Part shown: positions 26,035 through 38,131 of the stretch, in pieces
Layout of the letters: the number at the start of each line of letters is the position of its first letter
Numbering within the stretch: position 1 is the stretch's first letter
Origin: Dudresnaya verticillata
Taxonomy: Eukaryota
Direction: 5' to 3'
Assembly (NCBI GenBank): GCA_977862235.1
Contig: OZ374560.1
Location: 248,001 to 312,000 of the forward strand
DNA length: 64,000 nucleotides
Made by a program: the position numbers and the translations under genes
The notes under the pieces: model-generated
Database searches by the model: none
Seen by the model: the letters and a program-made list of their open reading frames with translations, nothing else
What the model was told of the DNA's origin: nothing

Positions 26035-28498
26035 TTGAGTTTTCCGAATTCAAGGTTGCACCAGTCGGATCCGCCTCCATGGGCTCGCGCAATTCTGCGA
26101 GTTCCACTCCGTCATGGTCCTCCACCGATAGTATCAGGGCATTCCGTTGCGGAGGGGGCGTATGCGGCCTGCCCCGATTCCCTTGCGGATTCGAACTGGT
26201 TCCTACTACGAACCTGCGACCTACAGGGTAGTGCTTCTGGAAGTTGCGCTCGCGCTATTCCATAAGCCTAACCCGATCGGAGTCATGTATCCAGGGGCAA
26301 ACAACGTGCTCTGGCGAAAGGCATATGCGACAGTTACCACTTCCGTAAAGGCGTCGGACCCGAGGATCCGACTCATCCCGTAACGGAGGTGCTGGTTGCT
26401 GCTGTCCACGCCCATCGTGGGCATTATTTCCGTAACGGTGACTCGGCTGCTGTTGGAGGCCAGGAGCCGGGCGAGATCCACCATAGGGGGACCTTGCGCC
26501 CGTGGCATCCTGGGCGGAGTAGGGTGGACGCTTTGCGGGGGCGAGGAGTACGGGGTAGAAAAGGTAACCCCCGTGCTCGTTCCCGTAGCGGCACCGTGGC
26601 CTCCCTCGACAGCTAAGACTTGAGCATCCGTAACGGAAGGATCTGCTTGCGGATCATAGTGTACATCCGAGACGGAATCCAGCGATAACACCTTAGACGG
26701 ACGTGCTTTAGTGCACCCATCAAAAACGTAAGCCGGAACGGTTTGGCGTCGAGATGCCCGATGGGATTGACCCAGGCCAGTCGCGTAGCGAGTGATGGCC
26801 TGATAATCCAGCTGGGAATGCGTCGCCAGATAAGTTCTCATCTGTTGACGAGTGCCCGGTAGGAGTCCTTCAACGAACAGTGACTTCAATGCCCGATCGT
26901 AAAATACTGTACCGCAACGGAGAGCCTTGGCCCAGAGCTGGTTCGAGAACTGCTCTTCCGTCATGGCGGATGTTTGCCTGAAGTTGCTGACATCCGTATA
27001 GGCTTCAGCAATCACTTCATCCGTAGCGTAGGTTCTCAATAAAACGTTCACCACCTCGGAATATGTGCGGAGCATCTCGGCCTGCTCCACGTCAACCGCC
27101 ATGGTACCTCCAGCAAGCCTAGCCTGTAGAAGGGCTTCGGCCTGTCCTTTAAGGAAAAACTGGAAGCACCAGACGGCAACCCCTTCGGCGATGCCGTTGA
27201 TGTTACAACCGTCACGGAACTTGGCGAGAAATCCCAAGACGGTAATAGGGTCCGTCCCATCGAATGTATGGGACGACATCTGGACGTGGAGTTTCTTCCG
27301 TATACGGCTCATGTTTTGTGAGAACTTAGAGCCGTATGTCTTACTCCTCTTATCCAATCGGTAGGTGCGGTAGTCCAGCGCCTTGACAAACTTGTCATGT
27401 AGCGGCCGGAATACCTTCACCTTTCCTGATTTGGCACCGTGTTTTCTGGCCCGGTGCCTATTCTCTCTATCCGTTACGGAAGAACTCTCTGAGTCTGAAT
27501 CCGTAGAGGTAGAGGAGTCATGCCTTTTTTCGCGTTTCCGCGATCTTCTGTTTCTCCTCTTACGGCGGCGGTGTTGGCTACCCTCTGAGCTGCTCTCATT
27601 GGATTCCATACCGGATTGGTGGCGTCGTCGCTGGGTGTGGTCGCGCATGTGCGACCGACGGGGAGGGTCAGAGCGGGAGTGTCGGGCATCTCGTTTATGC
27701 CGACCTCGACCGGTCCTCCGACTCGGATGGGGTTAGCTGGACGCATCGCTGAGATGGTCGCTGCCTCCACCTGATCGAAAGGAACGGTATAGCGCTCTTG
27801 CTGATAGCGCCCTGGCGTAGGCACATCTATGTGTCCAGGAGAATACCGTAACCGTGGCTGAGTGTGTGTTGGTCCCATAGGGGCGTGTTGATGTTAAGAA
27901 TCCGTTACGGGATCCGGTGGCAGTGGCCCAGAGGGTACTGTGCCCGGCGGCAATCCCATAACGGGGGTTGTTGCGGCTGCTGCGTTCTTCCCTCGACCGG
28001 GAATTCATTCCGTAACGGTGGTTGCTCAGTGAAAGCTTCCGTAGCTGGAGGCCTTGCCATGCCGGGAGAAATCTGTCTCTCGAGCTCGGCGGCCACCTTT
28101 TCCTGTAGGATCAAAGCTTGCACTATCCGAGGAAGGTGCTGCTCCAGATAGGAATTAACCAAAGACGGAACAGTTTCCGAGAGGGATATCTCCACCTCTT
28201 TTACCATTCCAGGTTGTACTTCCAATCGGAGATGCTCTAACACCCTATGAAGGACCTCCGACAGGACCCAGTGGATCCGATGGGATTCCGGCTTGGGTTG
28301 CGGAGCTGCCTTCTTGGAGGCGTCTGATCCGACACGGGAACGGGTAGCTTTACCAGCAGCAGCCTTTAGGATGTCTTCTGGGTTCTGCACTCCGGACCGG
28401 ATTTCACCTCCTTCACTGCGCAAACTGCGCGCAGCGGGGGTAGTGTCACCCGCTTTAGGTTCCGTAACGGGAGGGTCTGCGTTTTCTTCGTTCTGCAT
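26035..28498 (-). pseudogene. gag: Element A gag (frameshifted)
   Basis: ORFs 27905-28498, 27474-27878 and 26221-27648; LDYRTYRL and FDGTDPITVLGFL motifs are shared with gag of B and C; FRQTSAMTEEQF resembles a retrotransposon gag motif. Confidence 0.8.
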
Positions 28499-28622
28499 GA
28501 TACCTTAACGGAACACAACGGTTGTTCTTGCTTGTCTATCCAATATTCCGTAACGGGTTGTCGGTACAGCCGAATTCCTACCATAGCGGATTTCGACGGC
28601 TGTTTCTTCCAACCGTGACGGT

Positions 28623-28641
28623 GTTCTAGGTCGGGAGACCA
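28623..28641 (-). other. Primer-binding site of A (TGGTCTCCCGACCTAGAAC)
   Basis: Starts with TGG 5 nt inside the 5' LTR; the same motif occurs in B, C and D. Confidence 0.85.
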
Positions 28642-28646
28642 AAAGA

Positions 28647-29321
28647 TGTGGTGTAGTGAAAACCCACGAACTCCGAGACGGACAGCTGGCCTGACTTTCC
28701 TTAACGGACGAGAGCAAAACTATCTCCACGGGGTGGTAGAGCAGTTCGCACCGAGACGGGATAACAGCGCGCGGCTAACCGAGACAGATATTGGGAAGCA
28801 ACAGACAAGGGGGTGGTACAAGTGCCGGAACGGACTCCGTAACGGTGGTGGTGGTAGACCGCAACGGGCTCGGCGCGGGGAAAACCGTAAAGGATTGGGC
28901 TAAGGTTGCTTACCCGTTTACCTTAGGAGCCGCTGCGGTGCCGCCCTGATATACAAGTCAGGGTGGCACCGAGCGGTCCGGTCCGTGGGGGCCAGACCCT
29001 AGTGGTATGGACCCATGGTGGAATCGGCCCTGCTGGTCCCAATCTCCGACACGGACATGCGCAGCATTCTCATTGGCTGGCGCACTACTCTACATACTGT
29101 ACAGATACTCACTAAAAATAAAGAATAAACACTACAAATACTCCGGTATGGTTGTTGCGCTTCACTGCTGTACAGCAATGCGTACCGGCGTACAGCAATG
29201 CGCACAACATCCGACACGGTTACACGTTGCCAGATCATCAGCGTGGCGTATTGCCACATCACCCATTACGGCTGGCTCGCCGTCGGTGGGCTGCATGCGC
29301 GCCACGGCTCACTTCACCACA
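28647..29321 (-). repeat. Element A 5' LTR
   Basis: TG...CA, flanked by the PBS and TSD ACATT. Confidence 0.95.
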
Positions 29322-29393
29322 ACATTGACCGTTGAGATTTCAATCTTAGTCCGTTCATTGACCCAGTCAACGCAGTTGGCAATCCGCCTCCCA

Positions 29394-31180
29394 ATGTTTC
29401 GGGTTCCCACCTGTCTCGACCCGCGTCGAAGGCCAAATTAGGACGGCCATAGCCGCCGTCGGCGGCGGCGCAACTTCGCGACTGGTATCGATTGCGAGGG
29501 GAGCCTGACTGGCGAGCGCCTATTAAACCGACTGGCACTCTTGTCCCTTTCCCACTCTCCGGGGGCAAGACCGGACGAGACCAACCTCCCTTGTCTTCCG
29601 GGCCGGATATCAGTGCTCTGTCGACCCCCTTCCAACCGCGCCGGTGGGCGCCGCCTCGTCGCGGTGACTCGTTTTTGCGACCCACGTCGCGTCTGTGCAC
29701 CCTACCGGCTGGCGCCGCCGATTGCGACTGCAGGCCTCCTTGGCTGCTCCAGTGCGGTTGTGGGTGGGTGCCACTTGCGCCGGAGGCTCTTGCGCGAAGA
29801 ATTTGCCAAGTCGCAGGAGACTTTTCAGGTCACGCTCGCTGTCTCTGCGGAGCGGCTTTGGAGCCGACGGTCAGAAGGCCTCCGTGCCTTACGAGAATCA
29901 CTCAGGTCGTGCTCGTCGAGTCTTCGGATCGGCTCTGGAGCCGACGTATCATTTGAATTCACGTCGGGGCAATGGCGCCCCCGCTAGCGTATGGAGCTGC
30001 CGGCTCGAGTGAAAATGTGCTCGGGCACGAGTTTGGATGCGGCAGGTGTGCCGTTTGCTGTTTCTCATAGCTGCGACTGGCTCCTGCGTACCGACCTTGC
30101 ACACCTTAAGCTGCGGGCAGGTGCCAGTCGCGAGGAGATTCGACGTCGCGGAAGTCGTATGGCTCAAAGTCGCGTTTGGAACACCCTTATGCGAGCTCGG
30201 TTGAGTATCCTAACCGGTACGAACCGCTTCTTACCCCGTCTCGATGGCGATGCCAATACCCTTCAGTGGGATCTCGCCTATGTGCGATTCCGGCATGAAA
30301 TGCCTTGGAGCAACACCATAGCTCAGAAGCTAGCTTCGACCGCCAACGCACTGGAAGAGATCCGCCAGAGCGGCGAGTGGTATCTAAGTATGGTTATGCA
30401 CGAGCGGCCGCTTATTCGTGCGGGCAGGGATAATTTCCCGTATACTTTGGCTCGCATCGTGAGATGGGATGAGTCGTCAAACTGAATTATGCCCTTGACA
30501 ACCCGCAGACGGCGAAGCCGTTAGAATATACTATCTTCGAGCATCGTGAACGTCATAAGACGAGTTGCTTGGTTCCTTGCCATTGCCAAGAGGTATCGGC
30601 TATCAAGCCGGCATTCTACAATGGGAAGTATCCCCATGTGCTGGACGAGCACAAGAACTATGAAGTGTCCTATTCCATGCCAGTTGGTATTCCCACCATT
30701 ATTGCCTATTTGGGTCTATAAATTATGGCGAAGGCCATGGACGATAGTGTGCTGTGGAGCATCTTCAGACATGAGTGGGTCGTCTTGGTAGCCCAGACCC
30801 TTATCTATGAGGTCCTTCGTGGCCTATTATTCTTCATTGGGCAGCCGCTTCGGGTGGCGATTAGGGCCCTGGGCCCAGCGGGGTTGACCGCTAACGACTC
30901 CGACGCTGAGGACTTGGAAGCCCTGCTTTTTGTGGAGCGGATCAAGTGGAGTCGTATCTCCAAGCGCAATCGTCATCTCCCAGAAAACACGGGGCATATG
31001 ACGCCGGTCTTTGACCGCGGGGATTGGGTCGACTTCGACCCCCTCAAGTGGCATCCTGTTTTGCCCGACTATATCATACAGCCTGCGCCGTCCGAGGAGA
31101 GTCCTCTCATTCTTGACGAAGGCATTCGTATGACCGGCGTCACCACTGGCTGGGTTAGTGCGAAATGGCATGAGCCGTGA
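29394..31180 (+). pseudogene. Antisense ORF of element B (disrupted, 3'-truncated; start approximate)
   Basis: Fragments 29541-29987, 29991-30485 and 30725-31180; contains NYEVSYSMPVGIPTIIAYLGL*IMAKAMDDSVLWSIFRHEWVVLV, homologous to the antisense ORFs of A and C. Confidence 0.7.
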
Positions 31181-32200
31181 CCTTGACGGTTCCTAATTTC
31201 CCGTCCCACATGTCGGCGAAAGGACGCAACATTTTGCGAACGCGGCGTCTGTCAGACGGGGATAGGTGTTCCAATTCCAAGTCGTCGACTGTGAGCTCCT
31301 TTGTGGCGGTTTTGACGCCTACTTTGGCGTTGGTCGCGCCAAGAGCAGGCGCTAGCCCTGCCCCTCTACATCGAACGATGTATCGGCAGGAGGACTCGAG
31401 TCCTGTGGCTTCGGGTCCGTATTGTCGGGGACATCGGCGATGGAAAGAGTATAAACCGGCGTGGCCGTCGGAGCGGGAACGGCGCGACCAATGACTTCGT
31501 TCTTGGTTAACCGTTGCACTCGGGGAGAGAAGTTAGCGATCTTAACACGGAAGAGAACGTTCTCTTGTATCTTGACGATTCCATTCGTGACGACCACTTT
31601 CTGACGGTCGTAGAGGCGTTGGAAGGAATGCAAGAAGTGGGTTCCTTTGGCGGTGCAGGAAACCGCGACCCAGGTTTCAGAACCGGGCTGTAAGTTAGTT
31701 GTTTGAGCAACCCGTACGAGGCGCGACGTAGTTAGTGGAGGGACCTCCATGGGTTCGCCAGAGCGTGTGGCTCTCGGGATTCCGCATCTTCGTCGTATAA
31801 TGGGATGTACCCAACCGTCTCGTAAGACTACGTGTTGCTTACGCACTCGAAGTTGTTCGACGCGGCTATCGATATAGGTGCATCCTAGTATCATATCGAC
31901 GGCTAGCGCCGAAACCACGACGAAGGGTTGACGTACCGTGTAGATTCCAATCCTGACGACGAGGGAGATCATTCCTGATGTTTGTAAGCGGTGGCTTGAT
32001 GCCGAGGTGAGGTTGACGATCGACAGGGTCGAGGAAACCTTCTTCCGGTCGTCCAAAGAGAGCACGTCAGCTCTGATGAGATTGGGGCCTGCGCCCGTGT
32101 CCAGAACTGAAAGTACTTGAGTCATATGTCCAACAGAGGTCCCAACGGACGCGAAAACGTTATAGTTGTATCTCTATAGCGCGCACACTGGGTCCTCAAT
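31160..32200 (-). pseudogene. pol: Element B protease and first residues of the RT region, then deleted
   Basis: LDTGAGPNLI (31352-32125); LTVDDLELEHL...MWDGKLGTVKVTAHAI ends abruptly at ~31163. Confidence 0.85.
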
Positions 32201-32393
32201 GTGCTCCTCATACTTGCACCCGGGGGGTAAGCCCACGGGGCGTGCTAAAACCTTCTTTGGAAGAGGAAGCGGGAGTTCCCGCGAGACCGATCGTTAGGGT
32301 GAGGGAGGACATAGGAAATGGCATTCCTCGGAGCGATCTGGGGTTCCGATACGACTGGAGTCGCCCAGTGGACCGAAACCGGTTCCCCCATTG

Positions 32394-35108
32394 CTAGTTT
32401 TTCGGCCTACTAGCAGGCGACTGCGGCAGCGGTGGAGGCGGCGGAAGGCTTCTGGAGCCTGGTCTTGGCGACCGTGGCGCCGTCGGCGGATGTTTCGGAG
32501 TGTCCACTGGATGATTCAATCCCCCTTGAAATTGGACATGGCCATTTCGGCTTGGGGCAGACCCCAAATTTTGAGGAGGCCCCCTCGATGGCCCTGCTCC
32601 ACGTCCTGATGACGTATAATCGGGCTGTTCCCTACGGGTATTCCCCGGGGCGAAATCAGGTAGTCGCCCTATGGTGGCTAGCCATGCCTTCTTTTCGCGA
32701 GACAGTTGATAAAACTGCTGGCTTTTTAGCACCTCAAATGACGGTTCATTCGTACGAGCCAGATATGGGCAATTCGGCTTTTTATGGTCCACATTCCCAG
32801 ACACTCGAAGCATATATCATTTGGCCTGTCTTCGACAGCCACCCAACCGGGACGTTGTGTCCTTGTGGGCTCAGCCCACGCAGGCATCCTGTGGTTGTAG
32901 TTCTGAAGGACTGTGTCCACAGCGCCATGGTATGGGTCGTCACTCAACGCGGCAGACCACGAGTCTAATTGGGTTACGCTGGACAGAGGCGCTTCGTGAT
33001 CAATGGCTGCAACCACTGCATCCTCACTGTCGGCCTCAGAACTGCTGCTCTTCGAGGAATCGGTGTCTGAGGACTGTTGAGTCCTATTTTGCCGAATGAG
33101 GAGCGCTCTTCCAGACTTGTGTGTCTTGACCTGTGCCAGTATTTTGCGAGGTAACGAGGAGCTCGCCTTCTTGAGACGAGCACCACCCGCAAGGGCTCGG
33201 TGCGAATCTCCCTGAGCTGTCGCTAACTCGATATAGTCGGCTAGTCGCGCGGAGCGCGGGTCCAGAGAGGATGTATTTAGAAGCGGTTTCACCGCGGGTA
33301 GAAGCCCGCGTATAAAACACGTTGTCAAGTCCTGTTCCGAGTATACCCCCGCGACCTTTCGCGCCTTATTCTGTAGACATCTTGAAAAAGAGACTTCGTC
33401 TTCCTCTGACCCTTGGGTCATCGTATCCATTTCATAAGAAATCTGTTGAATGTAAACGTCTTTGGCGTAAGTCCGGAAGAGGTAATTGATGGCCTCGGGC
33501 CACTCATTGAATCTACCATTGTCGTCGCCGGCCGCGTCGAAATTTGCTTCGAACATGTCCTTCGCGTCCTTTTCAAGGAATTCAGGTATGACCAGGATGG
33601 CCGCTCCTTCGCTCACTTGGGCTTGCTCCAACTGTCTCTTCAAGGTGGCTAGAAAGCCTATGATTGACACTGGGTCCCTCCCATCGAATCGCCGAGTCCT
33701 CATTACGGATTTAATCCGCTTGATCTTTTTCGAGGTGGCTTACGTTACCTCGGGCCCACGATATGAATCGACATTCAGTAATCGGTATCTCCAATACGAA
33801 AGTACTTGTATGAACGCCGGGTTTCGTGGAGTTAACTCCTTAATTCCCGCTCGACCCTTCCTCGCCAGGAGCTCCAGGAGGGTCTGGAGAGACCCCGTGA
33901 CGACGGCTCGTCCTCATCCGATTGCATCGGCGCCGGGTATGAGGCGTTTCGACGCTGCCCCTCACCATTGTGGCTTGAAAGCCGGTCTTGACGGGAGTCC
34001 CGTGTATTACGACATACAGTGGGACCGTGCGATGATCGGCAATCACACCGGGGGTGCGTGTACTTCCTACGACTAAATTCGTCTTGTCCAGACTCCCCGT
34101 CCGATTCACGTCTTGGAGACGTCCTGCGAAGGTCCCTCGTGCCACGGGGAACGGGGGAACGTCGCCGCTCAACCTCAGGGATTAAATCCCTCTCGCAGCT
34201 GCGTCGTCGCGTCTTGTCTTCTAGCAACGTTACCTTCCGCTTTTCAGCTTCAAGCTCTTGTCTCAGGAGCTCAATAGCTCTGTCTTGTTCGACACACCTG
34301 GTGTCGTCTACGTTCCGTCGAACGTCTTCAATAGCCAATACGGCTTTTTCTCGAGTTAGGTCGGTGACCTTGGTTAGCGTATGGAGGTTTCCATGGACGG
34401 CGTCCAATTGGTCACCTAATGAGTCCATTTGTGCTGGCAGGGTTTCGACCCTCTCTTCTTCTAATCCTCTAGGAGGACCTTGCCGGAATCGAGATTCCAT
34501 CTCTTGTTGGCACTTAGCCAAAAGACGGTCGTCACGGCGCGCCGACGCCTCGTCGATACAACTCTTGACCTTTGCAAAGGTGTCGTCGGCTTGACTTTCC
34601 AAGAGCGCCACGACACTTGTCGTCAAGGAACGCTCGATTCCCAACTCGACCATTCGTCCGATTTATCTTGCAGTGAAACATCGGACGTCTGACGAATTGT
34701 ACTTCGTTTTCGTCGGCATCCCCACGTCCGGGGGCGCCAAGAATTCTTCTTCTAGGGCCGGTCCGCCCTCGGCTTGCATACTGGCAAAGGCCATTGACGG
34801 CGGCAACATTCCAGGGTTCGAACCCTCATTCTCCCCAATATCCCGGGGACTCCTCTTGCGGTTCGAACCGTGTTCTCTCCTTCTGGGACCTGGTCCCCAC
34901 TTGGGCCAGGTACTCCTCCTCCGGCCGGGGCGACCGTCACTTGAAGCGGGCGTCCCGGACCACCCGTTAAGGGGTTTACTACGAGAGCGGTGGTGGTCGC
35001 ACGGGTGCGAACTCCCGTAGTAGTTCTCGCGGAGGCAATACTGCCTGTACGGCTTACTCCCCGGCTCGATAGTCCGGGTCGGGTAGTATCACCAGTAGAA
35101 GTGGGCAT
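32394..35108 (-). pseudogene. gag: Element B gag (disrupted)
   Basis: Coiled-coil ORF 33832-34653; LSYWRYRL; FDGRDPVSIIGFL (32726-33703); frameshifted zinc knuckle CFEC...H...CP. Confidence 0.8.
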
Positions 35109-35497
35109 TATTGCCGCTATTATTCTCGTCTCTGCCGATGAGGTAGCGGGGACTTCTTCCCAAGCTTCTCGACGGTCAGAACCGTAGGATTAAACGTGTT
35201 TTCTCAGTTTGCACGGAAAACCTGTTGAAGCGGGCTCAACCCGGGCGTCAATCCGCCGTTGAGGGAGACTTCTGGGGACGGTTTTAAAACCGTTAAATGT
35301 AGTTTGCATGCTCACAAGATTTGACGTTACTCCGGAGCTTGATGTAAAGCGTAGAAACCGTCGACAAATAGACGACTAGGGTTTTACCCTTCGATGTTCC
35401 AAGTCTTGGGACTTCAACGGACGGTATATCCTGTCTTGAATCTTTTGATTTGGCCCGTCGAGGGTAATGTAGAAAAAGGGTCCGACCCTGAGAACTT

Positions 35498-35516
35498 GTT
35501 CTAGGTCGGGAGACCA
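35498..35516 (-). other. Primer-binding site of B
   Basis: TGGTCTCCCGACCTAGAAC 1 nt from the 5' LTR. Confidence 0.85.
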
Positions 35517-35517
35517 C

Positions 35518-36247
35518 TGTAGTAGAATGACTTCTAAGTCAACGAGGACAACAACACAACAAGACAGCTGTCTTAGAAGATACTGCACTGCGTAGATGGT
35601 AGCTCAGTAAAGGGGTTTGGTAGAGACTTGATAGGGCTTAAAGCCCTAAGAAGAGGGGGAAAGGGAAGGCGAACCCAGCCGTGTAGAGCAGTTCGTCGTA
35701 GACGACGGGGCTTGTAGACGCCCAAGGGGGTTTGTAGCAGTAGCACCGTAAGTATCCAAAAAGGGGAAACCCAAGGCACAGGCCGCTGCCGGTTTAGTGC
35801 CGGGCCCCTACTACTCAGGGGCCCCATAAATACGGCGAGAGCCGAAAAGGTGCTACTCGCTCAGTTAGAGTTCTAATGCTAATATTTAGCTAATACTGTA
35901 CAATACAGTTACTGTATGATACGTCCTTAGATAGGAATGATTGGTCAGGCCACGAGGCGAACGCGGCGTCACTGTCAGGCGCCGCGGGGCAAACATCCGC
36001 CAGCAATGCATAGCGCACTGATGCGGTCATAGTTAATCCCCAAATGGCATAGTGCCATATTACCTGGAGCAGTGCGCCTTACAGCTTAAAGCTGTACACG
36101 TGTTGCCTTACAGCGCAGGAGCGCTTCAGCAATTAAAGCAATCTGTAAGCCAGCGATATCACCCGGGCGGTTGTGCGCCTGCCATTCCTTACAGAGGACT
36201 CGTGTCCACGTGGCTCCTTACAGGACGTGAACGCCCATTGTACCACA
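35518..36247 (-). repeat. Element B 5' LTR
   Basis: TGTAGTAG...TACCACA; repeat of 17135-17866. Confidence 0.9.
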
Positions 36248-36737
36248 GTGAGCGCGCAGTGAGCCGGAAGACGAGGGCTCTGGCACAACAGAAGCGTGTG
36301 AACACGAAGGTAGAAAGGTGTCAGCACCACAGGCGTACGTAGCCCAGCTCCGCGATGGCTTCACTCGCCAAGCGCACGGCGTTAGGGGTACCTTAAGTGG
36401 GGAGCCGAAGCTTCGTTGGGTTTACTGTAGGAGGGTGGTCCTAGCCCCTTAAGTCCCACCGCCGGCGGCGGCGCCGCGGCGGTGGCGACTAGGGCTACTG
36501 TACACTGGTAAATAGACTAACACTAGAGTACGATAAACTAGCACTACAGTAGCACAGTGTCGTTGCTGAACACCGACACCAGCACGCTGTAAGACTTGCC
36601 ATGAAGCGTGCGTGTGATGAAGCGTGCGTGTGCGCGTGTGAACGTGTCACGCGTGTTGGGCGTGTCTTGCGAGCACTTGCATGGCGGTGGCTGTAAGGCG
36701 GCGAGTGCGGCCCAGTAAAGGCGACGGCGGGGGAACG
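36248..36737 (-). repeat. Element C 3' LTR, piece 2
   Basis: Homologous to ~51900-52370. Confidence 0.85.
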
Positions 36738-37956
36738 TGTGGTGAAGTGAGTCGTGGCGCGCGTGCAGCACGCCGAAGGCGCGCCAACCGTAACGGGTGA
36801 TGTGGCAATACGCCACGCTGATGATCTGGCAACTTGTAACCGTGTCGGGTTTGTGCGCATTACTGTGCACTGGTATGCATCGCTGTACTGTAAGTGGAGC
36901 GCACCAACCGTAGCGGAGTATTTGTAGTATTTATTATTTATTTTTAGTGAGTATCTGTACAGTGTGTTGAGTAGTGCGCCAGTCAATGAGAATGCCGCGC
37001 ATGTCCGTGTCGGAGATTGGGACCAGCAGGGCTGATTCCACCATACGACCAGACCACTAGGGTCTGGCCCCCACGGACTGGACCGCTCGGGGCCACCCTG
37101 ACTTTTATAATAGTTGTAAGGAAGTACCTTTTAGATCTCTTGTGAACTCAAAGAGTGCACTCAATGAAAAAGCCACAGAGCGGGTACCTGGTAGCGGTGG
37201 TAGAGCAGGAGGAACCCAGAGGGAAGACGAGGGGACGTAACCGGATTGGAAGCACGATACTGAAGGTAGTTCACTGGGCGGGCGGTTAACCGGGCACGGG
37301 TGACAGGTGTGCTGCGGTGCCGATAGCTTGGAGACGTAGTTGGGGCCGGAATGTGCTTGCCTTTACTGTACAGTGACCGCTACGGGAGATGGCCCTATAT
37401 GGTACTCCGACTATCAGGCAGCACCCCTCATACTGGGCTATATACACGCCCCCTATCCTAAGCTATAATTTCTAAAATAAATAGACAGATACTAAGCTAC
37501 TGACCTACAGGGTGACACTTGGACCAATCATAGACTACCCGTCTTGTCCCTGTTGGTGCCCTATAGGTAACGCCATTTCAGGGCATACACGAGGGCAGAG
37601 GGCCCACTTCTGTAAGCCCTTCACTGTATTACAATAGGGCGGCACCGCAGCGGATCCTAGGGTAAACGGGCAAGCAACGCTTGAGTCTCAATCCCACTGT
37701 AGCTCTTTCCTTTACGGTTTTCCCCGCAACGAGCCCGTTGCGGTCTACCACCACCACAGTTACGGAGTCCGTCCCGGCACTTGTACCACCCCCTTGTCTG
37801 TTGCTTCCCAATATCCGTTTCGGTTAGCCGCTCGCTGTTCTCCCGTCTCGGTGCGAACTGCTCTACCACCCCGTGGAGGTAGTGTCTCTCTCGTCCCGTG
37901 TAGGAAAGTCAGGCCAGCTGTGCGTTATGGAGTTCGTGGGTTTTCACTACACCACA
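36738..37956 (+). mobile_element. Solo LTR A' (family A, opposite orientation), interrupted by solo LTR D
   Basis: 36738-37114 and 37634-37956 are the reverse complement of LTR A; TG...CA ends; flanks gaacg/attga do not match. Confidence 0.88.
37115..37633 (-). mobile_element. Solo LTR D (519 bp)
   Basis: TGTAAG...ATTACA; TSD atagt/atagg; reverse-complement homolog at 55063-55573. Confidence 0.85.
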
Positions 37957-38018
37957 ATTGAGCGCGCGAAAAAGGGGCTATCATCCCGCTCTGCGGGGAG
38001 CCCGGGCGTTGCACCAGA
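37957..38018 (-). repeat. Element C 3' LTR, piece 3, followed by PPT (38019-38030)
   Basis: Matches ~52460-52522 (gagcccgggcgttgcacca); minus strand AGCGAGGGGGTG abuts it. Confidence 0.8.
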
Positions 38019-38131
38019 CACCCCCTCGCTAAGACGCGACCGCGACACGCCAAGTTCTGGAGCTCACTCCTTTTCTCTGACACGCGGCTTTCAACACTGG
38101 GAATATTCTCCATCGTCCTAGCGGTCAACCG

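Larger units (their letters stand above)
17938..29321 (-). mobile_element. Full-length Ty3/Gypsy chromodomain LTR retrotransposon A (11,384 bp; ORFs carry stops/frameshifts)
   Basis: 675-bp LTRs TGTGGTG...CACCACA; perfect TSD ACATT at 17933-17937 and 29322-29326; PBS, PPT, gag, protease, RT, RNase H, integrase, chromodomain. Confidence 0.95.
17135..36247 (-). mobile_element. Ty3/Gypsy element B, internally deleted (almost all of RT, plus RH and INT, missing), inserted in C's 3' LTR
   Basis: TSD GTGAG at 17130-17134 and 36248-36252; the empty site is visible in the other C LTR (gcccgtgtgagcacgcagtg, ~51894-51913); LTRs 17135-17866 and 35518-36247. Confidence 0.9.

Noticed and set aside
17938..29321. 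CCGTNACGG copies as a CRISPR-like or tandem array
   Set aside because: The repeats are only 9 bp, irregularly spaced (about 50 to 1170 bp) and embedded in ORFs; there is no repeat-spacer structure and no cas genes.
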